64,000 bases of DNA from Mobula hypostoma (lineage: Eukaryota), in NCBI RefSeq assembly GCF_963921235.1, contig NC_086108.1, positions 23,560,001 to 23,624,000 on the forward strand, written 5' to 3'. Under the pieces are notes generated by a model. That model was not told the origin of the DNA. It did no database searches and worked only from the letters and a program-made list of their open reading frames with translations. This document shows, one piece after another, positions 62,518-64,000 of the stretch. The first letter of the stretch is position 1; every line of letters begins with the position of its first letter. The translations under genes were made by a program, and so were the position numbers.

Positions 62518-63305
62518 TGTCCCCGGTTGAATGTCAGTTTGGGTATTTGTATAGATAAGTGTATAGGTGAGATGTTTGGGTCTGAAAAATGGATACGCCA
62601 GGGAAACGGTTAACAGTTTGGAATTTGTGGGTCTGTCCTATTTTGAAGGGCTACCTGTGTGTTGGGCAAATTGACCCTTGATACTAGATAAGGGGAGAAC
62701 AATGTGACTCTGGTCTACCTGATAACATGGCCTGAAAACAAACTAAAAGTGCTGATTTGTGTAAAAGTAATAAATCACTTTGTCTCTAAAGAATGTTTTT
62801 TTACATTGTTTAGTCGTAAGATTAACCAAACTTTGTCCCTGAGGAGGCAGAGGCTGATTGTTGAAGGTCACCCAACCAAAAGGTTAGGGTCGTGTAAACG
62901 TCGGATTGGATACCTCGCCCCTACCAGCTGGACTAGGAGGTGGCAATAGTGCTATAAAAGGTGAGCAAGTTCTTCCTTGGGCAGACCACTCGCCTGGGTC
63001 CCACTTGCGGGCTGAGCAGCTGAACCAGCGCCAAGGACCTCCACCCTAGTCAGTCCACGGTCGATCGCCTGCTTCAGGGACCATGCAGATGTTGCTAAGT
63101 ATACTCGGCGGTGTAGACTACGAGGGGTTGCTTTAGTTAGCCTTCTCTATTAGTGGTGTAGGTAGTGTACAATATAAAGCATTTTTTCGCAAATCTCTAT
63201 TTTCTTCTCTGTATTAACAATAAAGTGAGTCTTGGAGGAACTACCGAGTCTGGGTCCATTTGTTCAAGCGAAACCAAATATTTGCAGCATCCACTTGTTA
63301 CGGTT
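62518..63305 (+). mobile_element. Possible solo LTR of another family nested in the sushi-like element
   Basis: A non-coding ~790-bp block interrupts the integrase. It starts TGT, has TATAAAA at 62953-62959 and AATAAA at 63219-63224. No clean CA end or TSD seen. Confidence 0.4.
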
Positions 63306-64000
63306 ATACTTATTTGATATCAGTTTTTGTGGAACAGTATTCTCCACATTCTTCCCTGGCTGAGGTTGGGTAGCTACTGCCGAAAATCTCATCAGGCACT
63401 GCAAACTGAACCTTCAAGGTCCTTAAGAAAGTGAACCTGGTAGCTTACACTTTGCAGCTCCCCAAGAACCTTGAGATTAATCCCACCTTCCATGTATCCA
63501 TGTTGAAACCTCTGAATGCTAGTCCTTTAGTCCTACCACCATCAGCCCAACCGCCACCCAGATTTGTTGATGGAGAACAGGTCTTGCCCATAAAGAAACT
63601 TCTGGATTCACTGTTTGGGGTGATCTGCAGTTCCTTGTTGACTGGGTAGAGTTTGGACCTGAGTAACAGTGCTGAGTTCCAGAAGGGGAAGTTGTGGAGC
63701 CGGCATTGATCCATGATTACCGAAAACATCACCCCGAGCAGCCAGCGCTGTCAGGAGCCAGCCACAGGGAGAGGTCCTGTTCCAGTACACACCTGAATGC
63801 ACCAGCCTCTGGGGTATAGACGCTCTGGTGAGTCTCCGAAGTGGAAATAACTGACACAATCTCTTTAAAGATTCTGGCCTGCTCCGCTAATTGGCAACCA
63901 TGTTTTGGCGCCAAGATCTGGAGATTTAAAGAGCACCTAAACTCAGGTTCAGTGCTCAATTGTCAGCTCATTCTTGGTTCAGTCTGCAATAGCGTTTAGG

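Larger units (their letters stand above)
59911..64000 (+). mobile_element. Old sushi/chromovirus-type Gypsy LTR element, internally deleted (3' LTR runs off the window)
   Basis: 5' LTR TGTT...GTCACA at 59911-60276. gag starts MDP at 60293 (PEMSDGDPGSCCGFLTQCSL), protease AFVDSGAAGNFLD ~61330, integrase Zn-finger remnant 62350-62460, VAYTLQLP..INPTFHVSMLKP plus chromodomain start at 63431-63615. PPT then 3' LTR from 63778, sharing blocks with the 5' LTR (ctttaaagattctgg, ttggcaaccatgtttt, atttaaagagcacctaaactcag). Confidence 0.85.

Overview
This is eukaryotic vertebrate genomic DNA. The repeat content (young CR1 LINEs with 7-8-bp tandem tails, Rex1/Babar LINEs, HE1/V-SINE-like SINEs, Penelope elements) points to a cartilaginous fish (ray/shark); that assignment is an inference. 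The only host gene I can support is astrotactin-1 (ASTN1) on the minus strand. Its last three coding exons (29329-29229, 21416-21233, 12533-12296) have canonical GT-AG sites and matching phases and are followed by a probable 3' UTR. Everything above 29330 appears to be one large intron. Most of the rest is transposon-derived: two three-level nested insertions with readable TSDs, a full-length CR1 whose ORF2 is broken by a single stop, two Gypsy LTR elements, RTE-derived elements, hAT MITEs and several Penelope-like elements. The most notable signals are (i) minimal hammerhead-ribozyme motifs in the Penelope termini, including a complete one in the ASTN1 sense orientation and a 133-bp ORF-less insertion carrying one, (ii) a ~370-nt AG-free pyrimidine tract with distant branch-point candidates before the terminal ASTN1 exon, and (iii) an unexplained intronic hairpin. 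Family names come from motif recognition, not database searches. Boundaries without a quoted TSD are approximate.
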